Part shown: positions 28,260 through 37,393 of the stretch, piece by piece
How positions within the stretch are numbered: position 1 is the first letter of the stretch
Layout of the letters: every line of letters starts with the position of its first letter
Source of the DNA: Fibrobacteria bacterium
GTDB taxonomy: Bacteria > Fibrobacterota > Chitinivibrionia > Chitinivibrionales > FEN-1185
Reading direction: 5' to 3'
Assembly: GCA_037447435.1 (NCBI GenBank)
Contig: JBBIGR010000008.1
Coordinates: 47,681 to 111,680, forward strand
Length of the DNA stretch: 64,000 bases
Position numbers and translations under genes: made by a program
The notes under the pieces: generated by a model
Databases searched by the model: none
Told to the model about the DNA's origin: nothing
What the model saw: the letters and a program-made list of their open reading frames with translations, nothing else

Positions 28260-29066
28260 GTGGGGAAAAAAGTTTTTGTCCTTTTGCCTGCTTTCAATGA
28301 AGAAAATTCAATGCGCCAGCTTATTACGGACATTTCTGAGTATATGCGGGTTAAGAAATTTGACTACCACATAATTGTTTGCAACGACGGAAGCAATGAT
28401 AAGACCGGGGATGAGCTTGCCAGACTATCGAAAGAATTCCCGTTTGAAATTCTAACCCATAAGTTGAATCGTGGTTTGGGAGAAACAGCACGTGACCTTT
28501 TTGAACGAGCAGCCGAGCTGTCTAAGATTGGGGACTATATTGTACGCCTTGACGCGGACAACACCCATGAACCTCAAAATATTGGAAATCTGATTAACAA
28601 ACTTGAAGAGGGCTTTGACGTTGTGACTGCATCTCGGTTCCAAAAAGGCGGTGGTCAACATGGTGTAAGTGCTTATCGAGCGCTTATATCAAACTGCGCC
28701 CAGATTTTCATGAAATTTATATTTGGGTTCAAAGGAATGAGGGAATTTTCATGTGGATTCAGAGTTTACCGAGCAGAAATTATTAAAAAAGCCATTGAAT
28801 TTTATGGCAATAATTTTATTCAATTAAAAGGAATGGGATTTACTGGAACGCTTGAAAAAATGGTAAAGCTTAAATTGCTCAACGCAAGGTTTGCAGAAGT
28901 CGGATTTCAATTGCGGTACGACAAAAAAACCAGCTATAGCAAAATGATAACAAGTATTACTACTTTGGGATATTTAGCAATGGCGCTTTTTTACCACTGG
29001 CCTTGGGGTGGGTGGAAATTTGGATATAAAAAACTTTTGAGGGAATATGACAAAAGATCTAAATGA
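28260..29066 (+). CDS. GT2 glycosyltransferase, second Dpm1/ArnC-like polyprenyl-phosphate sugar synthase type
   Basis: VLLPAFNEE...VCNDGSNDKT...NRGLGET...RLDADNTHEP...TASRF. GTG start after GAGGAGG. Confidence 0.7.
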   Translation: MGKKVFVLLPAFNEENSMRQLITDISEYMRVKKFDYHIIVCNDGSNDKTGDELARLSKEFPFEILTHKLNRGLGETARDLFERAAELSKIGDYIVRLDADNTHEPQNIGNLINKLEEGFDVVTASRFQKGGGQHGVSAYRALISNCAQIFMKFIFGFKGMREFSCGFRVYRAEIIKKAIEFYGNNFIQLKGMGFTGTLEKMVKLKLLNARFAEVGFQLRYDKKTSYSKMITSITTLGYLAMALFYHWPWGGWKFGYKKLLREYDKRSK

Positions 29067-29874
29067 GGTTAGACATTTTTGGGAAGAGAATCCATTATTT
29101 AGTGGTGAAGCAAAGAATCCACTTGGGACGAAGGGTTTTTTTGAAGAGCATCGAAACGTTTATATAAATGATTGTTTTGCCGGCACATTAGATGACAAGC
29201 TATTTCCTGAAAAAATAAAAAATGAAAAAATATTAGATTTAGGATGCGGTGTCGGGATGTGGGCAACTGAATTTGGTCTTGTCGGGTATGCAAACATTAC
29301 TGCGGCAGACTTGACTATAAGTGGATTGCTTCTTACAAGGCAAAGAGCAGCAATAAATGACATTAAATTGGACTTGTGTCAGGCTAATGCAGAAAAGTTA
29401 CCATTAAAGAATGCAACTTTTTCACATGTGAATTGCCAGGGAGTAATACATCATACGCCTAATACAGCTGCTTGCGTAGAAGAAATAGCCAGAGTATTGC
29501 AAAAAAACGGTACAGCCATTATTTCAGTTTATTATAGGAATATATTTCTAAGATTATGGCCGCTCTTTAAATGGGTAAGCAAAATTGTTTATTCTATTGG
29601 TGGAAAACTTCGCGGACGTGGAAGAGATGGAATATTCAATATTGATGACCCAGATGAAGTAGTGCGGCTATATGATGGCAAATTAAATCCAATAGGGAAA
29701 AGCTATTCAAAAAAAAAAATTATCGAGTTGCTAACCCCAGCATTTGTCATTGAAGAAATATTTTACCATTTCTTTCCAGCAAGAGCATTGCCTTTTAAAA
29801 TTCCAAAATTCATTCACAAAGTTCTAGACCAAACTTTCCCATTTATGATATTTGTAAAATTAAGGAAGAAATAA
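29047..29874 (+). CDS. class I SAM-dependent methyltransferase (1 of 8)
   Basis: Motif I ILDLGCGVGMW, FSHVNCQGVIHH and LQKNGTAIIS. Contains an A11 tract at 29709..29719. Confidence 0.75.
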   Translation: MTKDLNEVRHFWEENPLFSGEAKNPLGTKGFFEEHRNVYINDCFAGTLDDKLFPEKIKNEKILDLGCGVGMWATEFGLVGYANITAADLTISGLLLTRQRAAINDIKLDLCQANAEKLPLKNATFSHVNCQGVIHHTPNTAACVEEIARVLQKNGTAIISVYYRNIFLRLWPLFKWVSKIVYSIGGKLRGRGRDGIFNIDDPDEVVRLYDGKLNPIGKSYSKKKIIELLTPAFVIEEIFYHFFPARALPFKIPKFIHKVLDQTFPFMIFVKLRKK

Positions 29875-31758
29875 ATGTGTGGGATTGCCGGAATTTTTAA
29901 TATCGATGATGATGTTAAGCCACAAATACTAAAGGATATGGCAGAAACGATTAATCATCGTGGCCCCGACGCAAGCGGTGAATTTATTCGAGGCAAAACA
30001 GGTGTAGCTCATAAACGCTTATCAATTATTGATATCCAATCCGGTCAACAGCCAATGTGGGACAAAGAGCATCGCTATATTATAGTTTTCAATGGCGAAA
30101 TATATAATTATCTTGAGCTTCGCCAGGAGTTAGTACAGGCTGGCTGTGCGCTTGTCACACATTCTGATACAGAAGTATTGTTGAATCTTTATATTATTCA
30201 TGGTCCCGCTTGTTTGCAGAGATGTATCGGGATGTTCGCTTTTGCTATTTATGACATTAAGGAACAAACGGCGTTCCTTGCAGTAGACCGATTTGGCATA
30301 AAACCTTTATATTATATAGAGTCAAAAGATGGTTTTCTTTTTGCTTCGGAAATAAAAGCGTTACTAAAACATCCTGCTGTAAAGGCTGGTGTAAATAGCG
30401 GTGCCATGTATGAATATCTCACGTTTCAGTTCTTTCTTTATGATCGAACGCTTTTCCATGGAATACGCAAGCTTGAACCGGGAACATTTCTAATTATAAA
30501 AAATGGAAAAATAGAGCGAAAGAGCATTTACTGGGAGTTGAAATTCGATATAGATTCACATCATACCGAAGATTATTTTATTGAAAAGCTTGGGTTTCTG
30601 TTACAAGATTCTGTTCGTTTGCAATTGAGAAGCGATGTGCCGGTTGGCGCTTATCTTTCAGGCGGTCTCGATTCTTCCGCAATCACCTGCTATGCTTCTC
30701 AACTTCTTGGCACGCCCATTTCTACATTTACAGGAGGATTTAAAGAATCAGATCAGTATGATGAATCCGGGTATGCGCGAATCGTGTCGGAAGCAGAAAA
30801 AACTTTACATCATGAAGTCTTTCCCACGGCGCAGGACTTCGTCGACATTATTGGAAAACTGATTTATTTTATGGATCAGCCCGCAGCCGGTCCGGGATTA
30901 TTCCCGCAATATTTTGTATCGAAAATGGCTTCTCAAAATGTAAAAGTTGTGCTGGGAGGACAGGGCGGAGATGAGATTTTTGGAGGATATGCTAGATATC
31001 TTGTTGCGTATCTAGAGCAGTGTCTGAAATCTGCTATTTATGAACAGCATGAAGAAGGCCGGTTTGTTGTTACGCTCGGAACCATAATTCCAAATTTGTC
31101 TTTGCTTAAAAATTATGTTCCGTTGATTAAAAACTTTTGGTCCAATGGAATTTTTGAGCCAATGGATAAGCGATATTTTCAGCTTATAAATAGGCTGAAA
31201 GGGAACGCAAAATTATTCTCCCCTGATTTCTTAAAATCATACGACGAATCTAAATCTTTTGAAACCTTTGCTGCATTGTTCAATCAGCCTGAAACAAAAT
31301 CCTATTTCAACAAAATGACATGCTTTGATATGCGCACACTTCTCCCCGCTTTATTGCAGGTAGAAGACCGCATGAGTATGGCCGTTTCGCTTGAATCAAG
31401 AGTTCCGCTTCTGGATCATAGGATTGTTGAGCTTGTGGCGTCCATGCCACCAACGCTCAAATTTGCAGAAGGAAAAACAAAGCAAGTTTTTCGTCAAGTT
31501 GTTAAGGATCGTGTTCCTCCCGCAATATTAAACCGCAAAGATAAGATGGGCTTTCCTGTTCCATTATCTGAATGGTTTAAAGCTGGAGTAGTGCGCGATT
31601 TTGTCCTTGATACATTGCTGTCCGACAAATCGAAAAACCGCGGTCTTCTTAACCAAAGCGAAATTACGAATTATCTTGAACAGGAAAAGCCATTTGACAG
31701 AGGGCTTTGGGGTGCTCTATGCCTTGAGCTCTGGTATCAAAATTTCATTGACGTGTAA
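29875..31758 (+). CDS. asnB: asparagine synthase (glutamine-hydrolysing) family amidotransferase, copy 1
   Basis: N-terminal MCGIAG (Ntn Cys), HRGPD, HKRLSIID, FNGEIYNY and the PP-loop SGGLDSS. 627 aa. Confidence 0.85.
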   Translation: MCGIAGIFNIDDDVKPQILKDMAETINHRGPDASGEFIRGKTGVAHKRLSIIDIQSGQQPMWDKEHRYIIVFNGEIYNYLELRQELVQAGCALVTHSDTEVLLNLYIIHGPACLQRCIGMFAFAIYDIKEQTAFLAVDRFGIKPLYYIESKDGFLFASEIKALLKHPAVKAGVNSGAMYEYLTFQFFLYDRTLFHGIRKLEPGTFLIIKNGKIERKSIYWELKFDIDSHHTEDYFIEKLGFLLQDSVRLQLRSDVPVGAYLSGGLDSSAITCYASQLLGTPISTFTGGFKESDQYDESGYARIVSEAEKTLHHEVFPTAQDFVDIIGKLIYFMDQPAAGPGLFPQYFVSKMASQNVKVVLGGQGGDEIFGGYARYLVAYLEQCLKSAIYEQHEEGRFVVTLGTIIPNLSLLKNYVPLIKNFWSNGIFEPMDKRYFQLINRLKGNAKLFSPDFLKSYDESKSFETFAALFNQPETKSYFNKMTCFDMRTLLPALLQVEDRMSMAVSLESRVPLLDHRIVELVASMPPTLKFAEGKTKQVFRQVVKDRVPPAILNRKDKMGFPVPLSEWFKAGVVRDFVLDTLLSDKSKNRGLLNQSEITNYLEQEKPFDRGLWGALCLELWYQNFIDV

Positions 31759-31787
31759 CGCTAATATGTTTTCACTTCATTAATTGG

Positions 31788-33086
31788 ATGGATAAACGGC
31801 TTTATATTATAGAGAGCTTGTCACAATATTGGACTGATAATTTTGCTCCAATAGTAGCGCTTCCTATTCCAACAGCACTTAAAGGCGAAAGCAATACGTT
31901 GCCTCCGGAAGTAGTGGAAATCCGTCTTCCGGCATGGGCTGAACGGGTCGGCGTCGATGGAAACCTGTTAGTACCCAAGTATTGCGTTTGTAATGGTAAT
32001 CAAGAAGCCTGGAAAAGGGTCGATTGGCTTGAATCTGCTTTCTGGTATTTGAATAATTTAGCTGAACGAGAGTTGGAAAAATTAAAAGGGCCCGTCCATT
32101 CATACTCGTTTCGCCTTGTCAATTGGGATAAACGTATTTGGCAGAGAGCGTGGGTAAATCGGATTGCTCTCTTTTTGAGGAAATGGGCATCTATTGATAA
32201 TGGTTTATCGGAAGATGCTTTGCTCGGCGTGCTACCTGAAACAAAAATCCTTCTGACGCATGACGTTGACGCAATAAAAAAGACGCTGGCAATAAGGCTT
32301 AAGCAGACCTTATTCCATTGTTTTAATGCTGTTCGTGCTTTGACAAGGGGAGATTTAAAAACTTCAATAATTAAATTGGCACATTCGCAACGCTTTTTTT
32401 ATGGAAAAAGTAAATATTGGCTGTTTGAAGATTTAATGGAAGTTGAAAGAAAATATCACAAAAAGAGTATTTTTTTATTTTACGGTGGAAAACCCTCAAA
32501 TCAGAAATCCATAGTTGAGTGGCTTTTTGATCCTTCTTACGATCCAAACGATACGAGTTTGAAAGAGCTTGCGAATGAGATGATCCGGCAAGGCTGTAGC
32601 ATTGGGCTTCACCCTTCATTTACTTCATGGGAAGACAGAGACAAATTAAATAAAGCTCGTGAAAATCTCGAACGGTCTTTTGGCATTCCAATTCGAATGT
32701 GCCGCCAACATTGGCTACGTTTTTCTTTTGAAAGCACATGGAGGGCTCAGGAGGATGCGATGCTTACGCACGATTTTACGCTTTCATTCAATGACATTTC
32801 GGGATTAAGAAATGGCGCAGCAATTACCTTCCATCCATGGGATTTTACAAAAGACCAGCCAATGAAACTAGTTGCAACAGCAACAGTGTTTATGGATTCG
32901 CAGTTTTACGACTATATCAACATGACTGATGATAAAAGAAAAAACCAAATTAGGTATTGGCTCAATGAAATTCAAGAAGTACATGGCACTGCAGCGATAT
33001 TATGGCATCAGCATACATTTAGCGATGATTACGGATGGAAAACGGGATATAAGGAAATGCTAGATAACCTTAAGGATGCAAAATGA
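31788..33086 (+). CDS. putative polysaccharide deacetylase-fold protein (ArnD-like xDVDx subtype)
   Basis: LLTHDVDAIKKT, GLHPSFTSW and CRQHWLRF resemble the divergent NodB/ArnD motif set (compare ArnD RIDVDT, GLHAWDH). 432 aa. Confidence 0.4.
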   Translation: MDKRLYIIESLSQYWTDNFAPIVALPIPTALKGESNTLPPEVVEIRLPAWAERVGVDGNLLVPKYCVCNGNQEAWKRVDWLESAFWYLNNLAERELEKLKGPVHSYSFRLVNWDKRIWQRAWVNRIALFLRKWASIDNGLSEDALLGVLPETKILLTHDVDAIKKTLAIRLKQTLFHCFNAVRALTRGDLKTSIIKLAHSQRFFYGKSKYWLFEDLMEVERKYHKKSIFLFYGGKPSNQKSIVEWLFDPSYDPNDTSLKELANEMIRQGCSIGLHPSFTSWEDRDKLNKARENLERSFGIPIRMCRQHWLRFSFESTWRAQEDAMLTHDFTLSFNDISGLRNGAAITFHPWDFTKDQPMKLVATATVFMDSQFYDYINMTDDKRKNQIRYWLNEIQEVHGTAAILWHQHTFSDDYGWKTGYKEMLDNLKDAK

Positions 33087-33856
33087 GTTCTTTTAGAATT
33101 GGAAAATATTTACCCTATTTCGTGTCGAAACGTTTGTTTGGGGATAGAACAAAATTCGGGCTTACTATAATACCTGAAGATTCAGATTGGCAAGAATGGG
33201 AAAAACGATTTCTTGAATTTTATTATGTAAATCAAAAAGCCTCGGTTGGAAAGATAGTAAATGATGCGGGATATAAAGTTCTTAATTCTGTTTCTATGGA
33301 CACAAAAAAAATCTTGGAGATTGGTCCCGGAGACATTCCTCATTTTAGGTTCTGGAATGGAAAACCTGCAGAGTATGTCATGGCTGATGTAAGTCAAGAA
33401 ATGCTTGCTAAAGCAGAAAACACATTGCGCGATAATGATATTCCTTATGAAAAGATTCATTTGATTCGGAAAGACGCAAATAAATTGCCGTTTCCCGATA
33501 AATCCTTTGATATCATTCTGTCTTTTTATTCCTTGGAACATATGGCCGATTTACAGACTTATATAGATGAATTGATCAGAGTGCTAGTACCAGGCGGCGT
33601 TCTGGTGGGTGCAATACCTTGTGAAGGAGGATTAGGATGGGGTTTGGGGCGTTTTATTACAAGTAGAAGGTGGCTTCTAAAAAACACTACAATAAATCCA
33701 GATAAAATAATCTGCTGGGAGCATCCAGGATTTGCAGACCGGATTTTGAATGCACTACGAATAAAGATGAAGGAAAAATATCTGTCTTTTTGGCCCTTGG
33801 GAATTTCATCAGTTGATCTAAACTTAGTTGTTAAATTCATTTATGAACGAGAATAA
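33083..33856 (+). CDS. class I SAM-dependent methyltransferase (2 of 8)
   Basis: ILEIGPGDIPH, FDIILSFYSLEHM and LVPGGVLVG. ATGA overlap with the upstream gene. Confidence 0.7.
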   Translation: MSSFRIGKYLPYFVSKRLFGDRTKFGLTIIPEDSDWQEWEKRFLEFYYVNQKASVGKIVNDAGYKVLNSVSMDTKKILEIGPGDIPHFRFWNGKPAEYVMADVSQEMLAKAENTLRDNDIPYEKIHLIRKDANKLPFPDKSFDIILSFYSLEHMADLQTYIDELIRVLVPGGVLVGAIPCEGGLGWGLGRFITSRRWLLKNTTINPDKIICWEHPGFADRILNALRIKMKEKYLSFWPLGISSVDLNLVVKFIYERE

Positions 33857-35408
33857 TTCTTACCTAAAGCAGATTTATAATTCATTGCCGCGTCTTCTGG
33901 CATTATTCGACAATGATGAGAATAGCCTTACTTATGGTTTGGCTGACCGATATTTTTGGGCTTGGAAATTAATTGACTTTGGCAATGGTACATTTCAAGG
34001 AGCTGCGAATGGGTTGGCTAGGCTTTTAAAAGAAAGCTTATTGCCAGAACCAATAGCACGACGATCTGTTTTAAAACGTATCGACAGCATTTTTTCAGGT
34101 ACGGATTTTTTACGGAGACGGAACGGCAGTATGGAGGAAGCCTGGCCATTTGAATCGTCTTATTGTGTTACAGCTCTTGTGGCGTACGATTTGCTTACGG
34201 CAGTAGAATTACTTGGCGAGGAAATAGACGCGTTAGTAAAGAAAAGATATCTTGCTGTCATTTCCCCTATGATCCATTTCCTTGAAAAAGGAGAAGAAAC
34301 ACATGCTTTTATTTCTAATCATCTTGCTACCGCATGCGCAGCTTTGTTTAAATGGACGTTAATAACCAGCGAAGAATCGAAAAAAGCCAATAAAATATTG
34401 AGTTCGATCATCCGAAATCAATCTATCGAAGGTTGGTTTTTAGAATATGAAGGCGCGGACCTGGGATACCAAACTTTATGTATGCATTATTTGGCTGATG
34501 TTCACAGGATGCGGCCCGATCTTAATTTAACACATTCACTTGCCAAATCGATTGAGTTCTTAGCTCATTTTGCATTTCCGGATGGGTCTTTCGGTGGCAA
34601 TTTCGGGAGTAGAAATACAAGGTTTTATTACCCCTCTGGTATTGAATATTTAAAAAAGGAAATTCCGGCAGCAAGCGCACTAGCACGATTTATGAGTAAG
34701 TCAATTGGGCGTAACAACACTGTAACTTTGGCTGCTATGGATGAGCCGAATTTGATTCCAATGTTTAATTCTTATTGTTGGGCTGCTTCAATTGCCGCCA
34801 AAGAAAATGGCTCGTTGGAAAGTGACGAGCAAATTCCTCAGATTAATCATCAAAAAACCTATAGATATACTTTCAAAGAAGCTGGGCTTGTTGTCGATAA
34901 AGCTGTTAACAGATATACTGTGATATCTTGGAATAAGGGTGGTGTCATTTATAATTACGATTTTGAAAAGAAGGCCATGGAAATAGATTGCGGATTGATA
35001 CTGAAGTCAAAATCGGGAAAACTTTTCAGTACGCAAGCATATAATATAAAGAACAAGTTTGAAATTACTGAAAACGAAATGGTTGTTCAGGCAATATTTA
35101 ATGAGATGCACAAACAACTACCAACACCTTTGCAGTTTATTGTTTTAAGACTTATGGCGCTTACAATAATGAAGAATGCCCGACTTGGAAATTTTATAAA
35201 GAATATCCTTGTGAGAATCCTAATTACCAATAAAAAATCATGTAAAGTCTCAAATACGAGAAGAATTGAAATGGGATCAAAATTAGCCATCGTTGATTCT
35301 CAAAAAGGAGAAGTAAACAAGTTTTCTTTAATTAAGCCGGAGAGTCCTTTCAGTGCGATTCATATGGCAAGCCAAGGATATTGGCAGATTCAGGACGACA
35401 AGAAATGA
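33843..35408 (+). CDS. hypothetical protein, possibly alpha/alpha-toroid (prenyltransferase/heparinase-like) fold
   Basis: About 520 aa with no TM. Repeated motifs of the type QSIEGWFLEYEGADLGYQT and FPDGSFGGNFGSRNTRFYY are reminiscent of toroid-repeat enzymes. ATG 33843 chosen; the ORF opens at TTG 33828. Confidence 0.3.
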   Translation: MNENNSYLKQIYNSLPRLLALFDNDENSLTYGLADRYFWAWKLIDFGNGTFQGAANGLARLLKESLLPEPIARRSVLKRIDSIFSGTDFLRRRNGSMEEAWPFESSYCVTALVAYDLLTAVELLGEEIDALVKKRYLAVISPMIHFLEKGEETHAFISNHLATACAALFKWTLITSEESKKANKILSSIIRNQSIEGWFLEYEGADLGYQTLCMHYLADVHRMRPDLNLTHSLAKSIEFLAHFAFPDGSFGGNFGSRNTRFYYPSGIEYLKKEIPAASALARFMSKSIGRNNTVTLAAMDEPNLIPMFNSYCWAASIAAKENGSLESDEQIPQINHQKTYRYTFKEAGLVVDKAVNRYTVISWNKGGVIYNYDFEKKAMEIDCGLILKSKSGKLFSTQAYNIKNKFEITENEMVVQAIFNEMHKQLPTPLQFIVLRLMALTIMKNARLGNFIKNILVRILITNKKSCKVSNTRRIEMGSKLAIVDSQKGEVNKFSLIKPESPFSAIHMASQGYWQIQDDKK

Positions 35409-36580
35409 TCCCGCGATTCAAGCCGTTCCTAGATTGGAGAGAGATTTTTGCTGCAGTTTCGATTCCTCGAAAGGACGACATTGATCGTTTTGAAAAGGCT
35501 TTTGCTAAATTAATGGGGCAAAAGCATGCGATTGCTTTTCCTTATGGAAGAACAGGTCTGATTCTTTTGCTCGAAGCAATGGAATTAAAAGGAAAAGAAA
35601 TAATTTGTCCAGCTTATACATGTGTTGTAGTAGCTCACGCAATTGTCTATAGCGGTAACATTCCAGTATTTGTAGATAGCCAGGAATCAGATTTCAATAT
35701 GAATCTCGACCTGGTTCCACCACTTATTAATGATAATACGGGCGCTATTATTGCAACGTCCCTTTTCGGCTATCCGGTGGATCTAGATAAGCTTGATGCC
35801 ATACGAAAATCTTTTCCACACGTGCAAATAATCCAGGATTGTGCTCATAGTTTTGCTGCGGAATGGAATGGTCGTCCTGTGCAGCAGGAAGGTGACGCTG
35901 CAATATTCGGAATGAATATCAGCAAGCTCATTACATCGATTTTTGGCGGAATGGTAACTACCGACAAGGACTGGCTTGCAACTCGGCTTAGGCAGCTCAG
36001 AACACAGCGTCTTAAGAAACCAACGTTCATCAAGAGCTTGAGAAGATTTATATATCTAATTCTTGTTTATATTGCATTCTGGGAGCCGATATATGGGTTA
36101 ATAAACCGTCTTGAAAGAATCAAAGTACTCGATAGATTTTCAAAATACTATGATGAGTCAAAGATTGATATGCCTAAAGATTACTTGGTAAGTATGACAA
36201 ATGTAGAATCAAGAGTCGGAACCACTCAAATCAAGAAGTATACTACTATTATTAATAAGCATAGAATTGCAGCAGCATATTTTGATGAAAAGCTTCTTAG
36301 AAACGAGGAAATCAAGAGGCCGATTATTGTTGAGGGAGCAACATATTCACATTACGTAGTGCGGTGCCGAACACAGTCTCAATCGCTATACCAAGCTTTA
36401 TGTAATGGTGTTCAGTTGGGTCAGCTCATCGAATATGTCGTCCCGGAAATGAAAGCATATTCCTGTCGAATTAAAAGAGGGCAATGTTTTCCAATCGCGC
36501 ATTCATTTCCGAAGACTACAATTAATTTACCTGTTTGGACTGAAAAAGAAAAAAAAATAAATCGCATAATAAATTTTTAA
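35405..36580 (+). CDS. DegT/DnrJ/EryC1/StrS family PLP-dependent sugar aminotransferase
   Basis: MIPRFKPF... is a typical N-terminus. ICPAYTCVVVAHAI, a catalytic-Lys region (NISKLITSIFGGMV). ATGA overlap at 35405..35408. Confidence 0.8.
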   Translation: MIPRFKPFLDWREIFAAVSIPRKDDIDRFEKAFAKLMGQKHAIAFPYGRTGLILLLEAMELKGKEIICPAYTCVVVAHAIVYSGNIPVFVDSQESDFNMNLDLVPPLINDNTGAIIATSLFGYPVDLDKLDAIRKSFPHVQIIQDCAHSFAAEWNGRPVQQEGDAAIFGMNISKLITSIFGGMVTTDKDWLATRLRQLRTQRLKKPTFIKSLRRFIYLILVYIAFWEPIYGLINRLERIKVLDRFSKYYDESKIDMPKDYLVSMTNVESRVGTTQIKKYTTIINKHRIAAAYFDEKLLRNEEIKRPIIVEGATYSHYVVRCRTQSQSLYQALCNGVQLGQLIEYVVPEMKAYSCRIKRGQCFPIAHSFPKTTINLPVWTEKEKKINRIINF

Positions 36581-36604
36581 TTCGAAATCATTGGGAAATA
36601 AATT

Positions 36605-37381
36605 ATGGATGAAAAAAATTTTAATACTGAACAAACTGCTTCGGATTCCGATGTCATTCACTTTTATGACAAATATGCAGGAAATTGGGACCAAAGGTTT
36701 GGTGCTACTCTTTCAACCGATCATTTCCTACAGAAACGCTGGAAATCGTTTGAACAAATGCTCCCATTAGAAGCAAAGAGAACTAAAGGGCTAGAGTTGG
36801 GAGTTGGTACCGGAGTTTATATAGATAAGGCAAGTAAGCTTTTTAAATGCATTTTGGCTATAGATGGCAGTGAATTCATGTTAACTGAATTAAAAAAGAA
36901 GCTAATGGCACAAAAAATCTTAAATGTGGAAGTGCATCAAGCCAACGTTCTTTATATGCCTTTTATCCCGGATGATTCAATAGATGTGGTTTATTTTTTT
37001 GGCCTTATTGAACACATAATTGATATCGAGGTCTTTGTTTCAGAAATAAGAAGAGTTTTAAGGAATAATGGTAAGGTAATTGGAATTACACCAAATGGCG
37101 CGAGCCCGTGGTATAAGCTACGCAAAATCTATAGAGGAACCGGAAAACACTGTTCTACAGACAAATACTATACAAAAAAAGAAATCAAAGAACTTTTTAA
37201 TCTTGGCGGCTTCGAAAACACCCATTTTTCATTTTGGGGTGGTGTTCCGGCCGGTGTAAGCAATGTCCTTTTATTTAAAATGCTCATTATAATAGAAGGC
37301 CTTTTTGAAAGAGTTCCCTTCCTTTCCAGCTTCCTAGGCGGAATTACTTTTTCTGCGGAGAAAAAAAACTCAGTTTCTTAA
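36605..37381 (+). CDS. class I SAM-dependent methyltransferase (3 of 8)
   Basis: GLELGVGTGVY, VVYFFGLIEHI and LRNNGKVIGITP. Confidence 0.7.
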   Translation: MDEKNFNTEQTASDSDVIHFYDKYAGNWDQRFGATLSTDHFLQKRWKSFEQMLPLEAKRTKGLELGVGTGVYIDKASKLFKCILAIDGSEFMLTELKKKLMAQKILNVEVHQANVLYMPFIPDDSIDVVYFFGLIEHIIDIEVFVSEIRRVLRNNGKVIGITPNGASPWYKLRKIYRGTGKHCSTDKYYTKKEIKELFNLGGFENTHFSFWGGVPAGVSNVLLFKMLIIIEGLFERVPFLSSFLGGITFSAEKKNSVS

Positions 37382-37393
37382 AATCAATTAATA

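Noticed and set aside
29875-31758. asnB read as housekeeping asparagine synthetase.
   Set aside because: There are three copies inside a polysaccharide operon, translationally coupled to methyltransferase and GT genes. The context favours a sugar-carboxylate amidotransferase role. This cannot be proven without a phylogeny.
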